A model generated the notes under the pieces. That model searched no databases. It was not told the origin of the DNA and saw only the letters and a program-made list of their open reading frames with translations. From Epithemia pelagica (Eukaryota; Protista; Bacillariophyta), in NCBI GenBank assembly GCA_946965045.2, contig OX337229.1, positions 5,642,001 through 5,706,000 on the forward strand: a stretch of DNA of 64,000 bases. The letters are read 5' to 3'. Shown piece by piece: positions 54,029 to 64,000 of the stretch (positions within the stretch are counted from its first letter, which is position 1; each line of letters opens with the position of its first letter). Position numbers and translations under genes: made by a program.

Positions 54029-55709
54029 CTATGGCTCGTAACGCCCCGATGTAGCAGCCGGGTTGCCACAACTCTTCAAATCCACCACCACGACCGAAAA
54101 GTTGTCGGCGGAACCACACGATCGGGCATGTTCACACAAATTCCGCGCGGCCCACTTGAACCGGTTCGTGTCAATTTGGAGTCGTCCATCTTCCATGGCA
54201 CAGGACGAGGCAATCACTACATGTGCCGCTTCCTCATTGTCCATGACATCCCACACACCATCGCTCGAAAGAATCAAGAACCAATCATCTTTGCCAATAT
54301 CGTATTCACAAATCTCAGGTTCTGCTGTTATGTAGGGTTTGAGAGAGGCATCTCCCACACTTCGAGACACAGCCAGGAGTCCTTCTACTCGCCATCGGCC
54401 CCAGTATATCACTCGGCCTCCCAGTTCGGATATTCGTCTTGTTTCATCGGGTATTCCGGGCTTGTGGTCGCGAGACAATCGGACAATGGATCCATCTCGG
54501 CGTACCACAATGGCTCTGGAATCTCCTGCGTTGGAGCATACCACCCGTCGACCTCCGACAATGGATACCGCGCAGGCAGTCGATCCATCCGTTTGTCCCG
54601 AATTGACAAAGTCCTTGTCAACCGTTGTAAAAGCATTCTTCATGGAGTACCCCAAGTCGTAGGGGTACGAAGAGTCGCTTCGAATATAGGAAGACATCCA
54701 ATCCGCGCAAAACTGACTGGCCTTGTCACCACCATGACCATCAAACACGCCGCAAAACGTCAGCGGCATGGTTATGCGCCTCGATTGTTTTGGTCCATAG
54801 GTCACTTCCACATCTTCGGATTCGGACTTTACAGCCACCGGGCTGACCTCGACTTGAACTGCATCCATGTCTTCAATCGCATACCTGGAAAAACAAAGAG
54901 TGCAAATGTTAGACACAATCACGACGCAATGTGCGGAAACAGTCCAGAACTAGCGAAACATACCTGTCTTCCATGTAGGCTCGTCCTCCAGCATCACTCC
55001 AATGGCTCACATTGAGGTGCACATTGTTGGGCCGCAGTTCCCTGCGCTCCATGACGGATGGACCTATTGGTTGGCGCTCCGAGCCGTCCGTGACGGACGA
55101 TCGAAGCGAGTATCGAACAATCGCAGCGTTTCGAGGCAGAGAGGGTGGAAGTTGGCCATAGGGATCGCCCATATCGGACGCCAGTGGCGATGGTGGTGAA
55201 GTTAACACAGTGTCTTCTTCCTCCTCATCCTCCACTTCAGAATCTTTGTGGCGTATGCTTTTCCGCGAAAGAAGGAAATTCGGTACTCCCATACATGTTC
55301 TAGAACCAGATCCCACTTTAGCTTTGAGACAATGTTGGCGGTAGCTCTCCCCTGGATCAGAATCATAAGGATCAATTTCATCTTCCTCCTCTTCCTCGTC
55401 CTTCTTCTTTTGTTTGTTGTTGCGCAAGCGATTCTTCCGCTGCTCTTTGGAAGCGGCGGCATTGGATTCCTCTGCGTATTCCTTTTGCGCTCGTGCTTCC
55501 TTTCTCCTCCTTCTTTGTTCCCACATGGAGGATAGTGAATTTCGTCGAGTGGTACTCTGTTCTCGGCTCTCGTCTTCGTCCTCCTCACTGCGGATGGGGG
55601 AGGGTGTCACCCGGCTGCGTCGAGCACCAATGGTGTCTTTCTCAACAAGAGGTGCCTCGCGAAAAGCGGATTGGGCCGCATTATAATCGGATCGATACGC
55701 TAGTGACAT
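54029..55709 (-). CDS. PP2C (PPM) family Ser/Thr protein phosphatase with charged N-terminal extension; 2 exons
   Basis: Exons 55709-54964 and 54884-54029 join as GGRAYMEDR|YAIE. Motifs GVFDGHGG, DGSTAC, NAGDSRA, DHKP, LAVSRSVGD, SSDGVWDV and GSADN. Confidence 0.94.
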
Positions 55710-57371
55710 TGTGGCTTCTCCGAACTCGGATTCCCCGTGTGCTGGCAACTCCCGGTTGTTGTTGAGTATCCGTCTCCACTGGCAATTGGAAGGGACAAAA
55801 ATTCAATCCACTTCTACCGATGTTCCTCTTACTGCACCTTCGGTGATGGATTAGAGACGGCTCTGCTTTTTGTGGAGTCGCGTGTGCAAGTCCCTCTGTA
55901 CAAAGTCCGTAGATATCGTACACAAGATTGAACGAACCAGCACACCACAACAACTCCGGCAAACAGAGGGATCTGTCCCACAACAAAGGTCCAACTCGAT
56001 AGACCTCACCACACCAGGATCGACAACACCTCTAGGTGCAAGATCAATACACAAGATAGAAAGAGGATGGCACTCAAGTGGACTGCTCTGCGTCTCCGTC
56101 CATTCCTTTTCTTTCGATCGTTTCTGTCACTTCCTTTCTCGCAAATATCGAATACAACAGCCAACTGGATGTCGCAACGAGCCCGATAGCGCGCATGCCA
56201 GCAAGCTGGCAACGTTCTCTCCAATTTGAACCGACGAGAATGTCCACCCCGGGATTTATGGTCCCCTAATTAGAGTACGCGCTTATCACACTAAAGAATT
56301 GAACTAGCCTATTTACAATAGTCGCTCACATAATATTGGCGAGATAACTATAGCCCCATCCGTCCTTTGTGGCAAAATATTGGCTGATTAGGAGGCACCC
56401 AATTTTTCGTCGATGGGCAACCGAATTGCTAGGATCTATGCCCTTACTAACAAGAATGCTCACGCGGATGTAGGCAATAGTGATTGATTCCCTGTCCGCA
56501 GGGCGAGCAATCCTCGACAAAATTCGCACACGTCTTTGTCCAACAAACTGCTTTCACGGTGACACCCATTGGATTGGATGTGTTCGCCTTGTCCATCCAA
56601 AGAGACAACGAACACAACAGATGGTGAGAACTGCCAACCACAACAGCAAGAAATATCATCGAAACATCAAAATCATGTCTACAGTCTACACGATGGTATC
56701 CATGATGATAGTTCAGCAAATTTCAAACAAGAATGAACACTCCAATAGAATAGAACAGTACAGGCCTTTGTCGCACTCTAGTCTCAATAGTCTGTAATTT
56801 TGAATCCGCACTATCCATGGGAGATAGAAGTAGTAGCCATAGTGAGAAATGTGCAATTGGTCTTTACAGGAAGGGGAACATTACTCTGCGTCTAACCTAG
56901 ACCCATGGGTACAGTGGTTGTTGTCAAGTCACCTAGAGGTAGACGCGTTCCATTCGATCGATAGCATGTAGGTACATTGGTTGCTGTTCGGTCCACCATG
57001 GAATTGTCTACGCTCTGCGAGTTTCTCCCTCGACGACAAGACGTGGATCAAACGGCTCCTGAAACTGCTTGCTGCAAGAGATTCCAGGGTCGGTCTTGTT
57101 TGCATCGTTTCGTGTGTGGTCCCATGTGACCTAAATTTCTGCAGAACGCATCCTTGAACACCCTACCAAGACCGTATCCTTGAGCATATTCGTGCCTCTT
57201 CTTCTTTCATATCCTGCCTCTCTGTCTCTCTGTCTCTCTCTCTCTCTCTCTGGAACCACGGCAAACCGTACCGGTCTGTACTCTGTGTGTTGTGTCTTTC
57301 TTGCGTGAAACGATTCTGCATACATCCAGTCATTCCTGCATCCCTCGTTTTGTTGTTGGTGTGTGCTTCTC

Positions 57372-58609
57372 TTATTTTTCAAAGTATCCATCAAAGTGGG
57401 GACTTCGTTTTTCGGCCACGGCCCTCAGTCCTTCACCCCAATCGTTGCGATGGTAACAAATGGCTTGTGCCATGGCTTCTCGTTGCAAGGCTTGTTCCAA
57501 GCCGACATTTTGTTGCGCTCGTAGGGTTTGCACCATGAGACGAAGTGCCACGGGATGGGTCTGGTGGACCACGTCGTGAGCCAAGGCATGCGCTTCTTCC
57601 ACGGCTTGATTCACGGGTGCCAAGCGATTGAGCAATCCCCACTGCAAGGCCTCCTCGCCCGACAAGGTTGCTCCCCGCAACAAGAATTCCGTCGCCTTGG
57701 TCGAGCAAGGGACGGCCAACCGGACAAAATGCGAGGCACCCATGCCGGAATGAATGCCCAATTGGGTAAAATTGAGACCCAAAAGTTTGGCTTTCGGGAC
57801 ACCGACCCGTAAATCACAGGCCAAGGCCAATCCGGCTGGAATACAATAGCCGTGATGGTGATTGCACACGGTTCCAATACACACAAGGAATCATTGAGAA
57901 TGGTCAGAAACCCCAACAATCACCTCTCTCGACACGGTACAATGGTGCATGCTCCACAAACAAGTCATCTCTCAAACAACAACAACAACAACAACAAACA
58001 ACCTCAAGGTCTCTCCAACTCGACTCGACTCTTGTAGAACACACACACAAACTCACTCACCTCCCGCCCCCATGGCAGGTCCATTGAGAGCAGCAATAAC
58101 GGGAACGGGCACGTGTTGTCGAATGCACAAGAAGGATTGATAAAAGGCCATCATGCGATCGACATTGTCCTGAATGGAATTGTGACGCAACGACTCGAGC
58201 CATGTCAAATTGCCTCCCGCCGAAAAGGCATTGGTGCCGTGCCCCGTGACAATGACGGCCCGCAAATCGTAGTGTTGTTGCTGCGTCAACAGGGCGTGAC
58301 CGAGGTCTTGGACCGTTTGGGAAAAGGCGTGACCCAGTTCCACCGTCAAGGCATTGTACGTGTCGGGTGCGTTGAGGGTCAAGATTCCAATGTGGTCATT
58401 CTGATCACTAATGGTAAAGGTCACGAGGTCGTCCTTCTCCTTTTGTTCCTGGTCCACCTTGGTCGCAGACATTGTTGTTGTTTTTGTGGTTGTATGGATA
58501 TTATTAGAAGACAAGAATCGTCGTGGTTGTTGCTTCCAACGATTTGTTCCTCGACGACGCCAAGTCGTCATCATCGCGGGGCCAGGCGGCCGGAAACAAG
58601 AGCGAATCA
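57372..58609 (-). CDS. Enoyl-CoA hydratase/isomerase (crotonase) family, probably mitochondrial; 2 exons
   Basis: Exons 58609-58061 and 57835-57372 join as ALNGPAMGAGAGLALACDLR. Motifs TLNAPDTYNAL, AFSAGGNL and GIHSGMGAS. Confidence 0.92.
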
Positions 58610-58928
58610 TGGTAATACGATTTGTCCAACACTCTGTTCTCTGTTGAGATTGAGAATTAGTAGAGGGATCTTTGCACTTTGTGCTTCTCTTCTTCTTCTC
58701 GGTGATGGTGATGGGCGAAAAGATCTCTCTGTCGCAGCGGCATGGAACTAATGCGCGACTGATCGCGTCTGTCGTACCGTCAGACCACACATACAACACA
58801 CGCAAACCAACAACCAACCAACCATCATTCCAATACTGGAAATCTAGATTGTGTATCGACCTTTCTATATGGTTCACCGATGATACCGAATCAACCTGGA
58901 GTTTCTCATTCTTCGGGTCCAGATTTCG

Positions 58929-61900
58929 ATGAAACCACAACGTCGGAGCCGAGCTGGCAAACGTCGTCGTTCCGAGGGTGGAGGGAACGAATCCACCACC
59001 AGGAAGAAGATGGATTCGACGACGACTACCACCACCACCATGCCGCAAAACGATGAAACTCCAAAACCGGAGGAATTTCCCTGGAAATCGGTTGCCGTGT
59101 CCTTTGCCGGTGAACCATCCAATTCGGATCATGATCAGGATGAACACGACGACAACAATACTCGCAATCATTACGATCATCCCACCTTGCAAGGCCGCGC
59201 AGCGGTGGAATTGGAAGCTTCGGCCCACGAAGCGGCCGGCATTTTCTTTGGATTGCAAGTCTTGGATGGCAATTCCTATCGGATCCAACAAGATCCAGTG
59301 ACACATCAAAAACTCATGGTTCCCACTACCAATACTACTCTGCCAGCTGCGGCCGAGGAATCCACAAGGACGACGACGACCACCACCGCGCATCCGGCGG
59401 GGGAGGATTCGACCGCTCCGTCCTCGACAAGGACTCGTGAGAAGAAACGAGATGCCAAGAAACAGAAGAACAAGAAGAAAAAGAAACAAAAACGCAAGAA
59501 ACCAGACGAGACAAACCAACAAAATTCCTCATCATCCACGCCAGAGAAGGCCGTGTCGGCGGATCCAAGTACTCCCAAGGAGGACGATGCTACAAACAAC
59601 ATGGATGACCCATTAGGAGAAGGCACCACAACTCCTCACCATCCACTACCCAGTCATGACGACGAGGAGGAGCAACTCTCCAGTCTCCAAACGTCGTGGT
59701 CGGCGCAAACAGGAGGCGTCGCCCTTCATCCAACCTTGTGTACCGCCTTGTTAAATCAAGGCTTTTGGACTCCCACTCCCATTCAAGCAGCGGCTTTGCC
59801 GGCAGCCCTCTTGGGACGACGCAACATTGTCGGTGCGGCTCCCACGGGATCGGGCAAAACCTTGGCCTTTCTCTTGCCCATGGGACAAGTCCTCTTGGAA
59901 CAAGAACAACAGCAATTGCAGGAGAAGGACCAGAAGGACAAGACGAGACGGTCCTTGCAAGCCTTGATTTTGACCCCCACGCGAGAATTGGCCCTTCAAA
60001 TTCAAGCGGAAAGTGACAAGCTCTTGGGCAAGGGCCGGACGGGAACCTTGGTCGGTGGATTGGCCCATGCCAAACAAGGTCGCATTTTGGAACACAAACG
60101 TCCCCCCATTCTCGTGGCCACACCCGGACGTCTCTGGGAAATGGTACGTACGATTCGTAGTGAGGACCGCTCCGTTTTCTTCAAGTCCCATGAGGACAAA
60201 CAACATCGCACTGTTGATCTAGACATCCATCGCAATCTTTCTTGAACGAGTCTACATGTTTGCACGTCAGTCTGAGGCCTTCTTCTGTGCATGCGCGTGT
60301 TGGTAGTGTCGTTTGGCATGAGTCTCAGCGGATTTCATTTGTGGTTTGTTTGCTTTTTGCGTGTTGACAGATGTCGAGTCGAGAGTATGAGCATTTAAAT
60401 GATTTATCCCAAGTCCGATTTCTCGTCATTGATGAAGCCGATCGAATGATTACTCAAGGGAGTTTTCCCCAATTGTCCATGATTTTGGATGCCGTCCAAC
60501 GAGCCAATCCAGGAGAGGAGGATGACAAGGACAAGGACGAAACGAACCAAGAGCCAGAGGACGAAAATCTCCATGACGAACATCGATTGTTGGGGTTACC
60601 GGGTGTACCAGGGGAAGCCAAGCTCATGATGTTGAACGACACGGTCCTGGCCGAAATTCAACGACAAGGAGGCCTGGAAAACAACAGTGACAACGACAAG
60701 GACATGCTTGTATCGTCGTCGGAGCAGCCACCCACCAAGGAATTGGAGGACAGTGACTATGAAGAGCAACAGGCCCAGTTGATGGATATGGAACAAGTGG
60801 AGAGTTTGGACGATCAACTCTCGCTGCCGGCGGATCCACCGGTACAACGTCAAACCTTTGTCTACTCGGCAACTCTCACACTGCCCGCCTCGGCCAATTT
60901 CAACAAGTCCAAACGACAAATACGATATTCGTCCAATGTGGGCATTGAAGGTGCCATTGCCGAAATCCTGACCAAGTCACGGGCCCAGGGCAAAACCAAG
61001 GTGATTGATCTTTCCAATGTCAACCACCACCACCACAAACCCAAGGCTCGTGCGTTGCCCGAGGATAAGAAGGAATCCACCCAAAGTGAAACCTTTCGTC
61101 TTCCCGAGGGCCTATCCTTGCTGGAACTCAAATGCACGCAACGGCACAAGGATTCCCACCTCTATGCCTACCTCATGACGACCCATGTCGGTTCCTCTGG
61201 ACCCTGCCTGGTCTTTTGCAACTCGATTGCCGGCGTTCGTCGTGTGGGTGCCACCCTACAATCCCTGGGCTTGAATGTTCGAATCCTTCATGCCCATATG
61301 CAACAGGTACGTCATGATATTCCAACTTGAGAGCGCGCGCACAACCGGTTGTTGTGTGCTGTCGGTGGCTGCACTGAGGAACATTCAACCATCCCGATGA
61401 TTTGTGACACATCAAAAGGATGTTGTCCATCGTTCGTGTGGGCTTTGTGAACAATCTCTGAGCAATCGTTTTAGACACCGCCTGGCTCGCTTGTTGGGTT
61501 GTTGTCGTCTCTCAACAATGTGTCTCTCTCTCACACACAAATGTGTTTCGTACAGCGTGCTCGGTTCAAGGCGGTGGAACTGTTACAAGTTTCCGAGCAA
61601 CGGACCGTGGTGGTTGCCACGGATGTTGCGGCGCGTGGTTTGGATATTCCTTCCGTGACATCGGTGGTTCATTATGATACAGCTCGAACGGTCGATGCCT
61701 TTGTGCACCGATCGGGACGAACAGCGGTACGTTACAAAACAATCCAATTTGGTTGTGGAGAGAGAAGGAGCAGAACCAGGATGATATCCATGTGTTCAAC
61801 GGACTAGAGTCTCTGAAATTGTCCCTGTTGAGATACCACTTCTCTTGGCTGTCTGAGTTCTGCCAAATGACGACAAAGCCCCATGACGCGGTTACAGAGT

Positions 61901-62440
61901 GGATCCGATTCTAACGTCTTGATATTTCGGTTTTGCTTGCAGCGCGGAGTAGGGTCCAAAGCGATTGGCTCTAGTTTGTCGCTGGTAGCTCCCGACGAGG
62001 ATAAAATGCACATGGCGGTTTGCAAGGCACTCAACACAAAATTTGAGGCCGTGGTCATGGATGGCCGTCTATTGCAAAGATCGCAAGAGCGCGTCAACCT
62101 TGCCTGTAAGGTCGCCGAGGTGGGAAACCTGGAGAAAAAGAGCATACGACAAAATGAATGGTTAAAGGGAAAGGCTGCCGATGCTGGTCTAGAGATTGAT
62201 GAAGACATGTTGGACGAAGGGTTGTCGGGTGGTGATCGTCGAGATCAGGCGAAATTGAGGGAAGCGCAGAGGGCTCAAGAACAGTTGGCTCGGTTACTGG
62301 CGGAGCCATTGAAGACTCAGCGTTATGGAAAGTTCCTTTCCACAAACAGCTCGTTGAAGCAAGAGGTCATGCTGTCCACGCCAAAACTCCAACAACACAA
62401 TCTTCCTGGTCGCTCCAAGAAAAAGAGGCGGCGGCGTTGA
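58929..62440 (+). CDS. DDX24: DEAD-box RNA helicase DDX24/MAK5 (60S biogenesis); 4 coding exons
   Basis: Exons 58929-60143, 60371-61306, 61556-61726 and 61943-62440. Motifs [52 protein letters not shown] and QRYGKFL. Confidence 0.9.
60183..60281 (+). ncRNA. Intronic box C/D snoRNA, snR72/snoR72Y-like (predicted LSU Am876, yeast numbering)
   Basis: C-like box ATGAGGA (60190), D box CTGA (60272-60275), terminal stem AAGTCC/GGCCTT. Guide TTTGCACGTCAG is complementary to the conserved LSU sequence CUGACGUGCAAA. Confidence 0.8.
61370..61464 (+). ncRNA. Candidate intronic box C/D snoRNA, predicted guide for the LSU A-loop uridine (yeast Um2921)
   Basis: D box CTGA 61458-61461 is preceded by GTGAACAATC, complementary to LSU GAUUGUUCAC. 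The C box is degenerate (CTGAGGA at 61374 or ATGATT at 61397), so the 5' end is uncertain. Confidence 0.55.
61770..61863 (+). ncRNA. Intronic double-guide box C/D snoRNA, snoR37/SNORD53-like copy A
   Basis: 7-bp terminal stem GCAGAAC/GTTCTGC, C-like ATGATA, D' CTGA (61813) with guide GGACTAGAGTC, and D CTGA (61853) with guide TCTCTTGGCTG. Confidence 0.8.
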
Positions 62441-62524
62441 AAAACATTGTCTGAATGAGACTTGGATGCATACTCGAAGAGTACTGGTGTGTGGTAAGTG
62501 GCATCAAGTTGAGATTCTTTCTTG

Positions 62525-62620
62525 AACATGACAATGACGAATGTTGGTAATTTTGGACTAGAGTCTCTGAATGGAGTTTGTTGACAACGTAACCTCCCTT
62601 GGCTGTGTCTGAGTCTTGTT
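62525..62620 (+). ncRNA. Double-guide box C/D snoRNA, snoR37/SNORD92-like copy B, in a predicted 3'-UTR intron of DDX24
   Basis: Stem AACATGAC/GTCTTGTT, C box ATGACGA (62534), D' CTGA (62567) with guide GGACTAGAGTC, and D CTGA (62609) with guide TCCCTTGGCTGTG. It lies inside GTAAGT(62494)...CACAG(62707). Confidence 0.82.
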
Positions 62621-62911
62621 GTTGTTTCCGAGTTGCTGGAATTTTGACGAGCCTATGGACCATGTTTTCTAAATCGTTTCCATCTGTTGTTTCTGTCGTC
62701 ACCACAGGTGCTTCATCATCCGGACTGTATCGGGTTCTAGACACACATAATGAGTGTTCACGGCTCTGATCTTTCAGGGAGTGAAACTGAAAGGGCATCG
62801 ATTTTTGATCCACGTCGTTGTCGTAAAAGAGTCTACCTAGAGGAGTATGGGTGCTTCCACGCTTGAGGACCCAGAAACTACTCCTACTAGTAGACTAGGT
62901 AGTATGCTTGC

Positions 62912-63176
62912 ACTCGAAAACTCTTTGTCGCTCCGTGTGTGTACTTCGATCTTCGATGTACTTCCAAGAACATCTTCAACCTCAATTATTAAAGCCCCCA
63001 AGCCCAAGAATAGAGTTTCAAAATATTGCGAACAGTCTCCAGGCTTTGGCTAGCAGTCAGAATTACTCGAAAAATCTTTTACTTCGATCTTCGATGTACT
63101 TCCAAGAATCTCATCATCCGCCATTCCAAGCCCTGACGGCCTGAAACTGAAAGATCTCAAAATGCGAACAGTAGAG
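62912..63176. repeat. Degenerate ~138-bp tandem duplication with 29-bp identical core TACTTCGATCTTCGATGTACTTCCAAGAA
   Basis: Core at 62942-62970 and 63080-63108. The flanking blocks ACTCGAAAA, CCAAGCCC and CAAAAT..TGCGAACAGT also recur at roughly the same spacing. Confidence 0.85.
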
Positions 63177-63345
63177 GATTCATGGATCTTTGGCCAAAAG
63201 GTCAACAAGCAAAAGATACCATTGAAACGATACAGGGACAGGTAAGATCGCTGGTGTTTGTCGATAGGAATCACTCTTGCTCCCTGGGAACGTCACAACT
63301 TACCTTTGTTTGCTTTGCTTTTTCAGTTTTACTGGAACTGCAACC

Positions 63346-64000
63346 ATGAGTCTCGTCTGTATCCTTTGCATTGTTGCGTTGTCCTCTTCGATTGTGGGTG
63401 CCGTTCTGACTGGCGATTGGACAGAGATTGGGACCATTCCAAGTGAAGGCTTTTCGCTCTCCATGTCGGCTACGAGTGGAATAGCCGCAACAGACCAGAA
63501 TATCATTGCTGCAGGTGTGCCCCGGTTGGATACCGTAGCCATTTTTCGTGGTTCGGACACGGACGCTTTCACTCAAGAGTTTTCCATCACGGATGCTACT
63601 CCCAACTCCGAACTGGGACACTCGGTGAGTGTAGACTACACCCATTACTACGTGCTCGTGGGGTCTCCAGGGAAAGCAGGAGCTTCACGGGGTGCGGGTT
63701 CTGCTCGCGTCTTTCGAAGAAACAACGACGGATCGTGGTCGCCTCTATACAACGAGATTGTCAATTAAGATGCAAACATAGCTGGAGACAATGCGCGATT
63801 TGGAGAAGCTGTGGCAGTTGTTGATGGTATTACTATGGTAGTTTGCTCTCCTCTGGACGATCGCTTTCAAGCCGATGCCGGTAAATGCTTGGTATACCTC
63901 GACACGGAGATTCCTGGATCCACTGTCCGCCAGTGGCAGCTCGATCCTACCATTGAAGCACTCAACGACTTTACAGGGCGACAAGCAAACGATCGTTTTG
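63346..64000 (+). pseudogene. Secreted FG-GAP/integrin-alpha-like beta-propeller protein (3'-partial) with in-frame TAA at 63766-63768
   Basis: Signal peptide MSLVCILCIVALSS. FG-GAP-type blades (ELGHSVSV...VLVGSPG...GSARVF). After the stop the frame continues 77 codons with RFGEAVAV...VCSPL...AGKCLVY...NDRF. Confidence 0.7.

Noticed and set aside
54011-55015. 334-aa plus-strand ORF
   Set aside because: Antisense shadow of the PP2C gene.
56326-56797. Short Cys-rich minus-strand ORF (56447-56719) and overlapping small ORFs
   Set aside because: Short, interrupted by stops and without a recognisable motif; cannot be distinguished from noncoding DNA.
57836-58060. 225-bp enoyl-CoA hydratase intron as a snoRNA host
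   Set aside because: Its length is explained by GTT/GT microsatellites. A CTGA is present, but I recognised no rRNA-complementary guide or good C box.
58053-59522. 489-aa minus-strand ORF
   Set aside because: Chimeric artefact: the 3' part is exon 1 of the enoyl-CoA hydratase (real start 58609) and the 5' part is antisense to DDX24 exon 1.
62942-63108. 29-bp direct repeats as a possible CRISPR array
   Set aside because: Only two copies, a 109-bp spacer, the flanks are also duplicated, the context is eukaryotic and there are no cas genes.
1-64000. tRNA, rRNA, LTR retrotransposon or CRISPR features
   Set aside because: None recognised by eye. A tRNAscan-SE/Infernal run would be needed to exclude small RNAs formally.

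Overview
This is gene-dense eukaryotic nuclear DNA, very probably from a diatom. That inference rests on short GT-AG introns, several N-terminal signal peptides followed by Phe (bipartite plastid-targeting type) and a stramenopile-like gene set. It holds about 25 protein-coding genes: CBP/p300 HAT, SAP+IN-box INCENP-like, SPX-EXS, Misato, PhyH dioxygenase, two ferric-reductase-domain paralogues around a LAMTOR2-like gene, a cytochrome b5 membrane protein, PDH E1-beta, FBPase, ChuX/HutX-like, chorismate mutase, SLC35B-type transporter, methyltransferase, MoeB-rhodanese, PP2C, enoyl-CoA hydratase and DDX24/MAK5. The main discovery is an intact 6,912-bp hAT DNA transposon (46902-53813) with perfect 14-bp TIRs and a perfect 8-bp TSD. 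Besides a full-length transposase it carries a second, convergent gene encoding an endonuclease III/Nth-type HhH-GPD DNA glycosylase with both catalytic residues and a large novel N-terminal extension. The second discovery is that the DDX24 gene appears to host four box C/D snoRNAs, one per intron, including a predicted 3'-UTR intron. Two of them are paralogues whose 2-nt indel shifts the predicted rRNA methylation site. Two genes (Kelch, FG-GAP) carry single in-frame stop codons. All domain calls come from motif recognition by eye and rRNA targets from recalled conserved LSU sequence; no searches were run.
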